Assembly (NCBI GenBank): GCA_900539595.1
Contig: UQCQ01000001.1
Span: 251,284-315,283, forward strand
DNA length: 64,000 nucleotides
Direction: 5' to 3'
Origin: an uncultured Mollicutes bacterium
GTDB lineage: Bacteria > Bacillota_I > Bacilli_A > RFN20 > CAG-826
Position numbers and translations under genes: made by a program. Numbering within the stretch: position 1 is the first letter of the stretch; each line of letters opens with the position of its first letter. Positions 48,185 through 57,021 of this stretch are shown here, piece after piece. The notes beneath the pieces are model-generated. The model did not search any database and was not told the origin of the DNA. It saw only the letters and a program-made list of their open reading frames with translations.

Positions 48185-49006
48185 ATGCAAATTAAAAACA
48201 GTTTCCTTTCCGTTACCGCCTCTTCTCTTGGTGGAGAACTCACTTCCGTCCAACTTTTTGGGCAAGAACTTCTTTATCAAAAGGAGGGGACGTGGAAATT
48301 CCAAGACCATATCCTTTTTCCTGTGATCGGTTCCGCAGATCGCTATAGTTGCAAAGGCCAAACCCATTCCACCAGCCGCCACGGCTTTGCCCGCAATAGC
48401 GATTTCTTTCCCCATCAAGAAAACGAAGAACAAATGAGTTTTTCCTTAAAGGAAAACACGGAGAGCCTTCGTTTGTATCCTTACCACTTCTCCTTTATCG
48501 AAGCCTTCATTTTGGAAGAAGAAACCTTGCTTCGTCGTTATGAAATTACCAATACCGGCGATGAAACTCTCCCTTTTGCTACCGGAAGTCATCCTGCGTT
48601 TTACTGCGAATATGGAAAAGCGAAATTAACCCTTCCTGAGCACTTCCTCTATTTCACGGAACCTCTAGACGGCTCCACCATGAAAGAATATCCAAAGGGA
48701 GGAGAAATCACCCTTACCAAAGATTTCTTATTAGGAATGGATACCTTAATCCTCCCCACCCCCGAAGCCCCCATTGTTTTAGACACGGGAAGGGACATTA
48801 GAATCGAATTCCAATACGCTTCGCCCTATATCGCCATTTGGACTCCTAAAAGCGACGAGGATGCCTTTCTATGCGTAGAGCCTTGGTGGGGGTTACCGCA
48901 AACAACTAAAGATCCCGATGAATTAATAGACCGGCCGTTTCTTACTCAACTAGATCCCAAAGAAAAAAGAATTGTCGAAGATCGAATTCGCTTCAGTTTG
49001 CTGTAA
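48185..49006 (+). CDS. Aldose 1-epimerase (galactose mutarotase-like) family protein.
   Basis: About 270 aa beta-sandwich-type protein with a conserved HGF (TSRHGFARNSDF) and E/D-rich C-terminal motifs (CVEPWWG). Confidence 0.55.
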   Translation: MQIKNSFLSVTASSLGGELTSVQLFGQELLYQKEGTWKFQDHILFPVIGSADRYSCKGQTHSTSRHGFARNSDFFPHQENEEQMSFSLKENTESLRLYPYHFSFIEAFILEEETLLRRYEITNTGDETLPFATGSHPAFYCEYGKAKLTLPEHFLYFTEPLDGSTMKEYPKGGEITLTKDFLLGMDTLILPTPEAPIVLDTGRDIRIEFQYASPYIAIWTPKSDEDAFLCVEPWWGLPQTTKDPDELIDRPFLTQLDPKEKRIVEDRIRFSLL

Positions 49007-49009
49007 CAG

Positions 49010-49039
49010 AAAAAGGATGGGCGATCGCCCATCCTTATT
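49010..49039. terminator. Bidirectional rho-independent terminator between the convergent genes.
   Basis: Perfect palindrome GGATGGGCGATCGCCCATCC flanked by AAAAA and TTATT. Confidence 0.55.
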
Positions 49040-49054
49040 GGTTTAGCAAAACCG

Positions 49055-49726
49055 TTAGTTTGCGAAAAAATCTTTTTTCTCCGCAGCTTCGCGGATTTCT
49101 TGACTGACCGTGAAGGGGATGCGGGTCGTATATTTGGCTTTCGCGGCAACGATGCGATAGGTCGGCCATTGATAGATCAAGGTGTTCCAAGATTGGACCG
49201 TATCGTTATAAGCTTCGCGCGCAGCGGTGATTTCCTGCTGGGTGTAGGCGTTTTGCTGCATCGCGGTTTGGATATCCGCGTGGGCGCGGAGATCCGGATA
49301 GGCTTCTAGAGCAACGTTGATGGTTCTTTCAGCCGCAGCGAGTTTGTTCGCGACTTCGCCACGTTCGGCATCGGAGAAATTTCCGCTGCGATATTTGGCG
49401 ATTTCCGCAAACGTCGTCTTGTCGAGTTCGATGGATTTGTTGAGCAAGCTGGCAGTGTTGGTCAAAATCGTGACGCGGTTTTGCAGATAGTTATCAATGG
49501 TAGACGCGTCATGTTGAATCTTTTGCTGCATTTGCTGCAAGTGAGAACGGGCTTTGATTTTCATAACGGCGAAGACGATGCCCGGGATAATGCCCAAAAT
49601 CCAGAGAATCACCTGGAAGAACGTGCTGCGCCAGTCGACGGTAACGGTTAATTGCTTATCGATAACGTGGACGTCACGGCCTTCTTCACGAATCGGATCT
49701 TTTGTTTCATCTAGTTCATTTGCCAT
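49055..49726 (-). CDS. lemA: LemA family protein.
   Basis: N-terminal TM helix (FFQVILWILGIIPGIVFAV), then a helical domain with LemA-like conservation (ATEKQIDL-type region ...NRVTILTNTASLLNKSIELDKTTFAEI...YNDTVQSWNTLI). Confidence 0.75.
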   Translation of the reverse strand: MANELDETKDPIREEGRDVHVIDKQLTVTVDWRSTFFQVILWILGIIPGIVFAVMKIKARSHLQQMQQKIQHDASTIDNYLQNRVTILTNTASLLNKSIELDKTTFAEIAKYRSGNFSDAERGEVANKLAAAERTINVALEAYPDLRAHADIQTAMQQNAYTQQEITAAREAYNDTVQSWNTLIYQWPTYRIVAAKAKYTTRIPFTVSQEIREAAEKKDFFAN

Positions 49727-49762
49727 AAGTAATTTATCCTCCTAGATAGACGTAATTATAAA

Positions 49763-51601
49763 TTATTTTTGAGTCTTGTCATCTTGAAAGGCGGCAGCGA
49801 TTTTTTCAGACAATCCCGGGCAATTTTCATCCAAGGAGAATCCATAGCAATATAAGCCGCGTTCATAATGCCCTTGTCGTCCTCCGACAATATCGCGGAT
49901 GACGCTTTGGATCTTCTCAGCGTAGCTCTTTTGGGTTCCGCCAACGGGAGCCACTTCCATCCCCATTTCCTTTTCCACTAAATCGTATTGGATCCAGCGA
50001 ACGGGAACCTGATGGATATTGCCGTCTCCGCCGAGTTTAGGAACGTAATCCACTTGGGGAGTCGTCTTAAAGGATAAGCAATGGATGGCGAGGCGGTCCC
50101 CCATCCCTGATTTATTTCCCTTGCTAACCTTGAGAATCAAGGGTAAATCAGGGTCTGCTTCTTCCGGGCGGAAGAATTCGGGATCCATGCCATTAGCCAT
50201 AACCTCATGTTCATAGTTAGAAAGGTTGTAAGGCATGTTCTCATAGATGAATTCCATGGGTTTATAAGTTTGATACAAAGGAACGGAAATAATGGGGCAA
50301 AGGTCGAAATAAAGGTTACGAATAAAGGTATCGCAGTAGTCCACGAACTTCTTTTTGGCATCTTTTAAATCATAGTTACGGAAAATCACGGGGTTCGCGC
50401 TGTAATCAAACGCCTGGCTATGGCCGGAAGAAATAGAATTGAGCATGCCATCCTTCACTTGGACAAAGTCATCGCCGAACGGTTCGGGATTCGTTAACAA
50501 ATCGAGGATGTTTTTCTGGGCAAGCGGAGTATAGAGCAAACGGAATTCCACTTCATTATCGCGGTCGTCCGCTCCAAAAAGGGCGTCGAATTTATCGTTG
50601 CCCATTTTGGTGAAATTCGTTTTGGGGTCATCGTCGAGCAAATCGTCTTTTTCTTTCTTGGTCAGTTCTTTGGAACGTTTCTTCACGAAACGGGCCAAGG
50701 ATTTGTCATCTCCGCATTGTCCGCTAGGAACGCGGGAGAAATGCAAATGGGGCGCAGCTTCATTGCCATAAATCAAACGAGTGGCATATTCGTATTGGGG
50801 GGCTTCATGATAAACCGTCGCCGTCAACGTCTCCGAGTGGTGTTGCGTATGGGTTCCGTCTTTATCGCTATAAGTCGTCGTCCACGTAATCACGATGGAC
50901 CCCGTATAGGCCTTATCGATGATTTCTTCGGAAACGTCTTTTTCCAAAACGAAGGGGTTCCCTTGGATATGGCCGGACAAAACACCCACGCAGGAAGTGG
51001 TATCCCCCAGGCTTTCCGGCATGCCGAATTTCTGTACGAGATAAGCAAATCGACTCGCGGAGAAATAAGGATCCAAATCCAAAATCGGGGTCGTTTTCTT
51101 CATGATGGAACAGGGGATGTTCCAATCGTAAGAACGGTTTAAAACTTCCAAATCCTGATAGCAAAGGTCCAATAGCTGTTGGGATTTTTGCTGCATGGCT
51201 GCAATTTGTTCGTTCAAACCCGTGATTACTTTATTCAGAACTTTGACCACATAAACAATCAAAGCGATACCACCAGCGAGGAAAACTAGGCCAATAAGAG
51301 GCATCCACCAACCCATATGGAATAGGATGCAGAAAATGACGGCGGCGATGAAGCAAAGGACGATAGCGAAAATAATAAAACCGCGTTGGACTTTCTTGCT
51401 CGAAGCTTTGTTTTGAATATTTTCTAGGTGCTCTAGAGATTTTTTGTAGTCTTTGACGTGATTGGCATTAGCAGGTCCATCAACCTCCGATTGCTTCACT
51501 AATTCATCGAAAAAGGCTTCCGCCTGTGCGTGATATTGCTGTTTTAAGGATTGTTCATAGAATTTGCGCGGCTCGTAAATCGGATTCGCGTTTTCTGCCA
51601 T
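49763..51601 (-). CDS. Hypothetical 612-aa membrane protein (two TM helices near the N-terminus) directly upstream of lemA.
   Basis: TM helices are GFIIFAIVLCFIAAVIFCILF and MPLIGLVFLAGGIALIVYVV, followed by a large globular region of ~480 aa. No assignable family. Confidence 0.55.
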   Translation of the reverse strand: MAENANPIYEPRKFYEQSLKQQYHAQAEAFFDELVKQSEVDGPANANHVKDYKKSLEHLENIQNKASSKKVQRGFIIFAIVLCFIAAVIFCILFHMGWWMPLIGLVFLAGGIALIVYVVKVLNKVITGLNEQIAAMQQKSQQLLDLCYQDLEVLNRSYDWNIPCSIMKKTTPILDLDPYFSASRFAYLVQKFGMPESLGDTTSCVGVLSGHIQGNPFVLEKDVSEEIIDKAYTGSIVITWTTTYSDKDGTHTQHHSETLTATVYHEAPQYEYATRLIYGNEAAPHLHFSRVPSGQCGDDKSLARFVKKRSKELTKKEKDDLLDDDPKTNFTKMGNDKFDALFGADDRDNEVEFRLLYTPLAQKNILDLLTNPEPFGDDFVQVKDGMLNSISSGHSQAFDYSANPVIFRNYDLKDAKKKFVDYCDTFIRNLYFDLCPIISVPLYQTYKPMEFIYENMPYNLSNYEHEVMANGMDPEFFRPEEADPDLPLILKVSKGNKSGMGDRLAIHCLSFKTTPQVDYVPKLGGDGNIHQVPVRWIQYDLVEKEMGMEVAPVGGTQKSYAEKIQSVIRDIVGGRQGHYERGLYCYGFSLDENCPGLSEKIAAAFQDDKTQK

Positions 51602-51606
51602 AAGCG

Positions 51607-52953
51607 TTACCTTCCCCAGGGCATATTGCCTCCGCGAGGCATTTTCCCAGATTTTTGATATTGCTTCATCTGCTTCATCATCTCTTTGGACTGCTCGTAT
51701 TTCCGTAAAACACGATTGATGTCCGCGTTGGTTTTCCCCGAACCCTTGGCAATGCGATTCTTGTGGGAATAACGGAGAATCTCAGGGTGTTTTCTTTCGT
51801 AAGGCGTCATCGAGTCAATGATGGCTTCGAAGGTTTTCATCTCCTTTTCAGCCTGGGCTTGCTGCTCATCGCTGATTTTCGGCATGCCCGGAATCAATTT
51901 GGCGATGGCCTTCATGGAACCCAGCTTTTGGACTTGCTTCATTTGACGGAGCATATCTTCCAAGGTGAAGTTGCCATCCAGCATCTTCCTAGCATCTTTT
52001 TCCGCCTGTTTCTCATCGATTTGCTCTTTGGCTTTTTCAACGAGGGTGACCACGTCTCCCATTCCAAGGATGCGGTCGGCCATGCGATCGGGATAGAAGA
52101 TTTCCATATCCGTGATCTTTTCGCCCACACCGGCAAACTTAATCGGCAAGCCCGTTAAGTATTTGATGGATAAAGCGGCACCGCCACGGGCATCGCCATC
52201 CAAACGAGACATGATGACTCCGGTTAGATGGAGTTCTTTGTTAAAGGCATTCGCCACGTTCACCGCGTCTTGTCCTGCGGCGGCGTCCACTAAAAGCAAT
52301 CCTTCTTCCGGATGAATTTCGTGGTTGATGCGACGGAGTTCTTCCATGAGGCCTTCATCGATTTGCAAACGGCCCGCGGTATCCAAAATCAAGACATCGT
52401 AATGTTCTTCCAAGGCTTTTTTCTTGGCTTGGATGGCGATATCCACCGGATTGACCTTGTTCCCAAGGGAGAAGAAATCCGCGCCCGTTTTGCTAACGAC
52501 AGCCTGTAACTGTTCGATGGCTCCTGGACGGTAAATATCCAAAGCAGCCACCAAAACCTTCTTGCCCTCTTTTTGGTGCATGAGATAGGCTAATTTACCA
52601 GCGGTCGTGGTTTTGCCGGTACCTTGGAGACCAAGAAGCAAAATAGAGGTTAAGCCATTCGCGTTATATTGAATGCCCGTTTGATCCGCGCCCAAAAGTT
52701 CTTGAATCTCATCGTGGACGATTTTAACGACCATCTGAGACGGATTGACCTTGTTATAGACATCTTGGCCTAGCGCCTTCTCTTTGACGTCATTGGTAAA
52801 GGCTTTGACGACTTTGAAGTTCACGTCGGCTTCTAATAAGGCGACGCGAATCTCTTTCAGCATGTCGTCCATGTTCTTTTCGGTTAATTGGGTGTTGCCC
52901 CGCATCTTCTTGAAGATGTTGCTGAAGCGGTCGCCCAGTGATTCAAATGCCAT
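51607..52953 (-). CDS. ffh: Signal recognition particle protein Ffh.
   Basis: N domain, G domain (GLQGTGKTTTAGKLA) and a Met-rich M domain C-terminus. Confidence 0.9.
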   Translation of the reverse strand: MAFESLGDRFSNIFKKMRGNTQLTEKNMDDMLKEIRVALLEADVNFKVVKAFTNDVKEKALGQDVYNKVNPSQMVVKIVHDEIQELLGADQTGIQYNANGLTSILLLGLQGTGKTTTAGKLAYLMHQKEGKKVLVAALDIYRPGAIEQLQAVVSKTGADFFSLGNKVNPVDIAIQAKKKALEEHYDVLILDTAGRLQIDEGLMEELRRINHEIHPEEGLLLVDAAAGQDAVNVANAFNKELHLTGVIMSRLDGDARGGAALSIKYLTGLPIKFAGVGEKITDMEIFYPDRMADRILGMGDVVTLVEKAKEQIDEKQAEKDARKMLDGNFTLEDMLRQMKQVQKLGSMKAIAKLIPGMPKISDEQQAQAEKEMKTFEAIIDSMTPYERKHPEILRYSHKNRIAKGSGKTNADINRVLRKYEQSKEMMKQMKQYQKSGKMPRGGNMPWGR

Positions 52954-53275
52954 GAATGATGTCCTCCGTTAATGTTTGGTAAGCGGCAGCATCGGCGTTA
53001 GAGGTGGATAGATCCTCATAACGCTTTTGCCACTCCTTTTTCTTTTTGATCAAGCCAAGGCGCTTTTCAAATTCCTCCAGCTTGTTGACGGCTTTGGCGA
53101 CCGCATCGCTGACGCCCGCCCTTGTGATTCCCGATTCCTCGGCGATTTCGCCAAAACTTAAATCGCAACGGTAATAGGCATCGAGAGTTTGTTTTTGCCG
53201 TTCCGTCAATAACGGCTCATAGGATTCGAGAAGCTCCAAGACGCGTTCTCGACTCGCCAAGGATGCTTCAATCAT
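52943..53275 (-). CDS. ylxM: YlxM/UPF0122 putative DNA-binding protein.
   Basis: 110 aa. Conserved position upstream of ffh. A sigma-70 region-4-like HTH ([21 protein letters not shown]). Confidence 0.75.
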   Translation of the reverse strand: MIEASLASRERVLELLESYEPLLTERQKQTLDAYYRCDLSFGEIAEESGITRAGVSDAVAKAVNKLEEFEKRLGLIKKKKEWQKRYEDLSTSNADAAAYQTLTEDIIHGI

Positions 53276-54263
53276 GCTCGGTGTCCCCTAAAAGCAAGCC
53301 ATATAAGTATTTATCCAAGTCGAATTCTTGCAAGTCTTCCATCCCTTCGCCTAAACCGATGAAACGGACGGGAACTCCTAATTCATCGCGAATCGACAAG
53401 ATGATCCCGCCCTTTGACGTTCCATCCATTTTGGTGATCACGATGCCCGTGATATCTGTCACTTCTTTAAAAGCTTTGGCCTGAAGCACGCCATTTTGGC
53501 CCGTGGTAGCATCCACCACCAAGAAAGACTCGTGGGGCGCCCCTTCGATTTCTCGGGATAAAACACGATGAATTTTCGATAATTCCTGCATTAAATTTGC
53601 TTTGGTTTGTAATCTTCCCGCAGTATCCATGATCATCAAATCAATGTGATGATCTTTCGCATACTTCGCTCCGTCATAGGCAACGGAAGCAGGATCCCCA
53701 TCCGGTTTCCCTGTGATGATGGGGCAGCCCAAACGGTCCGCCCAAACTCTTAACTGTTCCACCGCTCCCGCGCGGAAAGTATCCCCCGCAACGAGCAAAA
53801 CGCTTTTTCCCTGGTGAAGATAGCGATAAGCCAGTTTGGCAATCGAGGTCGTTTTGCCAACGCCATTGACTCCGCAAACTAGCAATACCGTCGGTCCTTC
53901 TTTTTGGAAACGGATTTCGTTTTCGATGGAATCCCCTTTGGTCGCATAACCCACGAACATTTCATCCACGAGCATTTCGTTGATGGTTTTGGGATCGCTC
54001 ACGCCTTCTTTGGAGGCTTTATCCAGCAATTCCTCACATAGGCGAATGGAAAGTTCCACGCCCACATCACTTTCAATGAGGATTTCTTCTAATTCCTCAA
54101 AATACTCTGGATTGATTTTGGCATACCGCTTGCTTAGTTCATCCAAGCGAGAAGCAAAATTCTTCCTACTTTTTTCGAGCCCTTTTTGATAAGTGGAAAC
54201 CGAAGGCTCCGTTTCTGGTTTCTTTTTGGAAAATTTATTCTTTAAAAAGGAAAATAATCCCAT
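53268..54263 (-). CDS. ftsY: Signal recognition particle receptor FtsY.
   Basis: NG domain with [20 protein letters not shown] and TKMDGT motifs. Confidence 0.9.
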   Translation of the reverse strand: MGLFSFLKNKFSKKKPETEPSVSTYQKGLEKSRKNFASRLDELSKRYAKINPEYFEELEEILIESDVGVELSIRLCEELLDKASKEGVSDPKTINEMLVDEMFVGYATKGDSIENEIRFQKEGPTVLLVCGVNGVGKTTSIAKLAYRYLHQGKSVLLVAGDTFRAGAVEQLRVWADRLGCPIITGKPDGDPASVAYDGAKYAKDHHIDLMIMDTAGRLQTKANLMQELSKIHRVLSREIEGAPHESFLVVDATTGQNGVLQAKAFKEVTDITGIVITKMDGTSKGGIILSIRDELGVPVRFIGLGEGMEDLQEFDLDKYLYGLLLGDTEHD

Positions 54264-54272
54264 ACGTCTCTC

Positions 54273-55001
54273 CTAATTCTTGGGGATGCTTAATTTATGC
54301 AAAGCATCTTTGGCCGCTTCCACTTCCGCGAGTTTGGTATTGCTGCCCTCCCCGCGTCCGAGTTCCATTCCATCAAAGAAAACAGCGGCCACCACATGGG
54401 TATTCTGCGCCGTTCCGTCTTTTTGCAGAACTTTATAAACAATCGAAACCGCTCCATCGGCCTGCAAATGATGCTGCAATTCGCTCTTGGGGTCTAATTC
54501 AATTTTGGCATCTTGGACCCTTTTGAAGAACAAATCATGCAAAAAACGATAGGTAAACGTCATCCCTTGGTCCAAATACATGGCACCGATAAACGATTCG
54601 AAAACATTTTCGTACAGGGCTTTTTCCGCCTTGGACATCGCTCCACCGCCCATCGAGTTGCTGGAGGCAAAATTGTTGCCGACGCGAATATATTCGTCGA
54701 GCCCCAAGAAAAGGCATAGCGAAGCTTCCGACTGCGATTGAACCAATTGGTTTTTGATTTGGGTCAATCCGCCTTCATCCATTTCGGGGTGAAGACGATA
54801 ACAAAGATCGGCGACCACCGCACCAACAATCGCGTCGCCCAAAAACTCTAAGCGCTCATAATCCACGTGTTTGGTTCCCGCGCTGGCGTTGCAGGAAGGG
54901 TGGGTAAAAGCCAGGGTATAGAGTTCTTCGTTGCGAGGAAGAATACCGAAGCGATGAAACAATTTAAAATACGGAGATGACATAACGATGTCATTATACA
55001 A
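54273..55001 (-). CDS. rnc: Ribonuclease III.
   Basis: ERLEFLGDAIV catalytic signature plus a C-terminal dsRBD. Confidence 0.9.
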   Translation of the reverse strand: MYNDIVMSSPYFKLFHRFGILPRNEELYTLAFTHPSCNASAGTKHVDYERLEFLGDAIVGAVVADLCYRLHPEMDEGGLTQIKNQLVQSQSEASLCLFLGLDEYIRVGNNFASSNSMGGGAMSKAEKALYENVFESFIGAMYLDQGMTFTYRFLHDLFFKRVQDAKIELDPKSELQHHLQADGAVSIVYKVLQKDGTAQNTHVVAAVFFDGMELGRGEGSNTKLAEVEAAKDALHKLSIPKN

Positions 55002-55017
55002 GAAAGATCGCGTTTGG

Positions 55018-57021
55018 TTAGGCTAGAGAAATGCCTTGGCTCATTTTATAGGCCCGTTCTAATAGCGGACGGAGTTCTTTTTCGTCACGATGGGCAAAGA
55101 TTTCTACCGCATCGTCTCGAGCACATTCAAACATTTTGAAGTCCGTGACGATATTGGCGAAATGGAAATCTGGCAGCCCCGATTGCTTGACTCCCGCTAA
55201 TTCCCCCGGCCCACGACGTTTCAAATCTTCTTCCGCAATTTTAAATCCGTCCTCCGTATCCACCAGCACTTTTAATTTATCCAAATCCTCTTGGATAGAA
55301 TGGCCGTAAACCAAGTAGCAAACGGAAGGGCTGCCGTCTCGCCCGATGCGGCCACGAAGCTGATGCAAGCTGGACAAAGCGAAATGGGTCGGCTCATAGA
55401 TAATCATGAGATTGGCCGCTTTCACGTCGATTCCCACTTCGATAACCGACGTGGATATCAGGATGGGGGTTTCCCCATTTTTAAAATCCTCGATGGCTTT
55501 TGCTTTTTCTTCCGAATTCATTTGGCCATGCAGCAAACCCACTAAACCAGGATAAGCGGATTCATAACGGTGATAAACGGATAAAACCGAGGAATCCTCC
55601 TCTTCGCCCCCTTCGATTTGCGGGGCCACGACATAAACGCGGTGCCCACTGGTAAGGGAGGCGGCAATCCGTTTTTTCATCTCCATGGAATCCGGCTTAA
55701 CAATTTTGGTCGTTACTTCTCTTTCCCTTGCTGGGAAAGAAGACAAAATGGAAACGTCCAAATCTCCATACAACGTTAACGACAGGGTACGGGGGATCGG
55801 AGTAGCCGACATCAGCAAAACATCCGCATGTTCCCCTTTATCCGCCAAAGCAGCCCGTTGATTCACGCCGAATTTATGCTGTTCGTCCATCACCACAAAC
55901 CCCAAATTGGCATAATGGACTTTTTCTGCGAATAACGCGTGAGTCCCCACAATGATGTCCACTTCTCCTTTTTGGCAGTTTTCTAGCATCTCGCGATGCT
56001 CTTTCGCCGAGAGCCCACCAACCAAAAGGCCTACCCGTATCCCTTCTTTTTGAAAAAGGGACTGCAAAGTTTCGTAATGCTGCCTCGCCAAAGAATCCGT
56101 AGGAGCCAGCAACGCCCCTTGTTCTCCACGAAGGTAATTCCCATATAGCATCAATGCGGCCACCAACGTTTTTCCTGTACCAACGTCTCCTTGGAGAAGT
56201 CGATACATCAACCGATTGGAATTCATATCCTCCAGTCCGTCTCTTAACGCCTTTTTCTGGTCATCGGTAAGAGGGAAGGGCAGGGAGCGGATAAAATCCC
56301 CGACCCTTCTAAAATCGATGGTTTTTCTGCTTTGACGGACTAAAGCCTTATTTTGGGAGCGAATCCATTGGTTCTTCAAACTGAAAAGCAGGGCTTCTTC
56401 GTATTTGAGAAGGCGCGTCCCCTGCCGCACATCTTCCATCGACGAGGGGAAGTGGCAGAGGGCATAAGCTTCTTGGCGAGAGACCAACCGGTATTTTTGG
56501 CGGAGATAAGGGGGCAAAAAATCAGGAAGAGACTCCTTCTCTGCTTCTAGCGCCTTCTTCACAAGCTGACGCCAAGAATGTTCGGGGTAATCTTTGGGCA
56601 AACTATAAATGGGGACGATGGAATCTTCCGGTTTGATAATGCCTTTTCGAAGCAAAATCAAATTCAAGCAATGGCCGTTTCGATCGTAACTTCCTTGTAA
56701 GGAATAAAGACTATCCAGTTCCACGTTCCCCGCTAAATAGGGACGGTTCCAGGCTTCAATGGCGAAATCCCGATGTGTTTTTTCTTCGCGAAAATAAAAC
56801 TTGGCCACGGAGGATCGCTGAAATTTTTGCACACGCGGCTTGGTCAGAATTCTGCCAAGGAGAACAACCTTTTGTTTGTCTTCTAGAAAAGAGAGGCATT
56901 TTGAATCCGTATAGGTGAAGTTATCGTAACGGCGGGGAAGATGGCCAAGAACATCCAAATAAGAATGGATGCCCATGTTCTGCAGCATTTCTTCTAGTCG
57001 AGGAGAAGTCGTTAGTTTCAT
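55018..57021 (-). CDS. recG: ATP-dependent DNA helicase RecG.
   Basis: Wedge domain and SF2 helicase motifs: GDVGTGKT, DEQHKFGV, TATPIPRT, QLRGRIGR. Confidence 0.9.
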   Translation of the reverse strand: MKLTTSPRLEEMLQNMGIHSYLDVLGHLPRRYDNFTYTDSKCLSFLEDKQKVVLLGRILTKPRVQKFQRSSVAKFYFREEKTHRDFAIEAWNRPYLAGNVELDSLYSLQGSYDRNGHCLNLILLRKGIIKPEDSIVPIYSLPKDYPEHSWRQLVKKALEAEKESLPDFLPPYLRQKYRLVSRQEAYALCHFPSSMEDVRQGTRLLKYEEALLFSLKNQWIRSQNKALVRQSRKTIDFRRVGDFIRSLPFPLTDDQKKALRDGLEDMNSNRLMYRLLQGDVGTGKTLVAALMLYGNYLRGEQGALLAPTDSLARQHYETLQSLFQKEGIRVGLLVGGLSAKEHREMLENCQKGEVDIIVGTHALFAEKVHYANLGFVVMDEQHKFGVNQRAALADKGEHADVLLMSATPIPRTLSLTLYGDLDVSILSSFPAREREVTTKIVKPDSMEMKKRIAASLTSGHRVYVVAPQIEGGEEEDSSVLSVYHRYESAYPGLVGLLHGQMNSEEKAKAIEDFKNGETPILISTSVIEVGIDVKAANLMIIYEPTHFALSSLHQLRGRIGRDGSPSVCYLVYGHSIQEDLDKLKVLVDTEDGFKIAEEDLKRRGPGELAGVKQSGLPDFHFANIVTDFKMFECARDDAVEIFAHRDEKELRPLLERAYKMSQGISLA

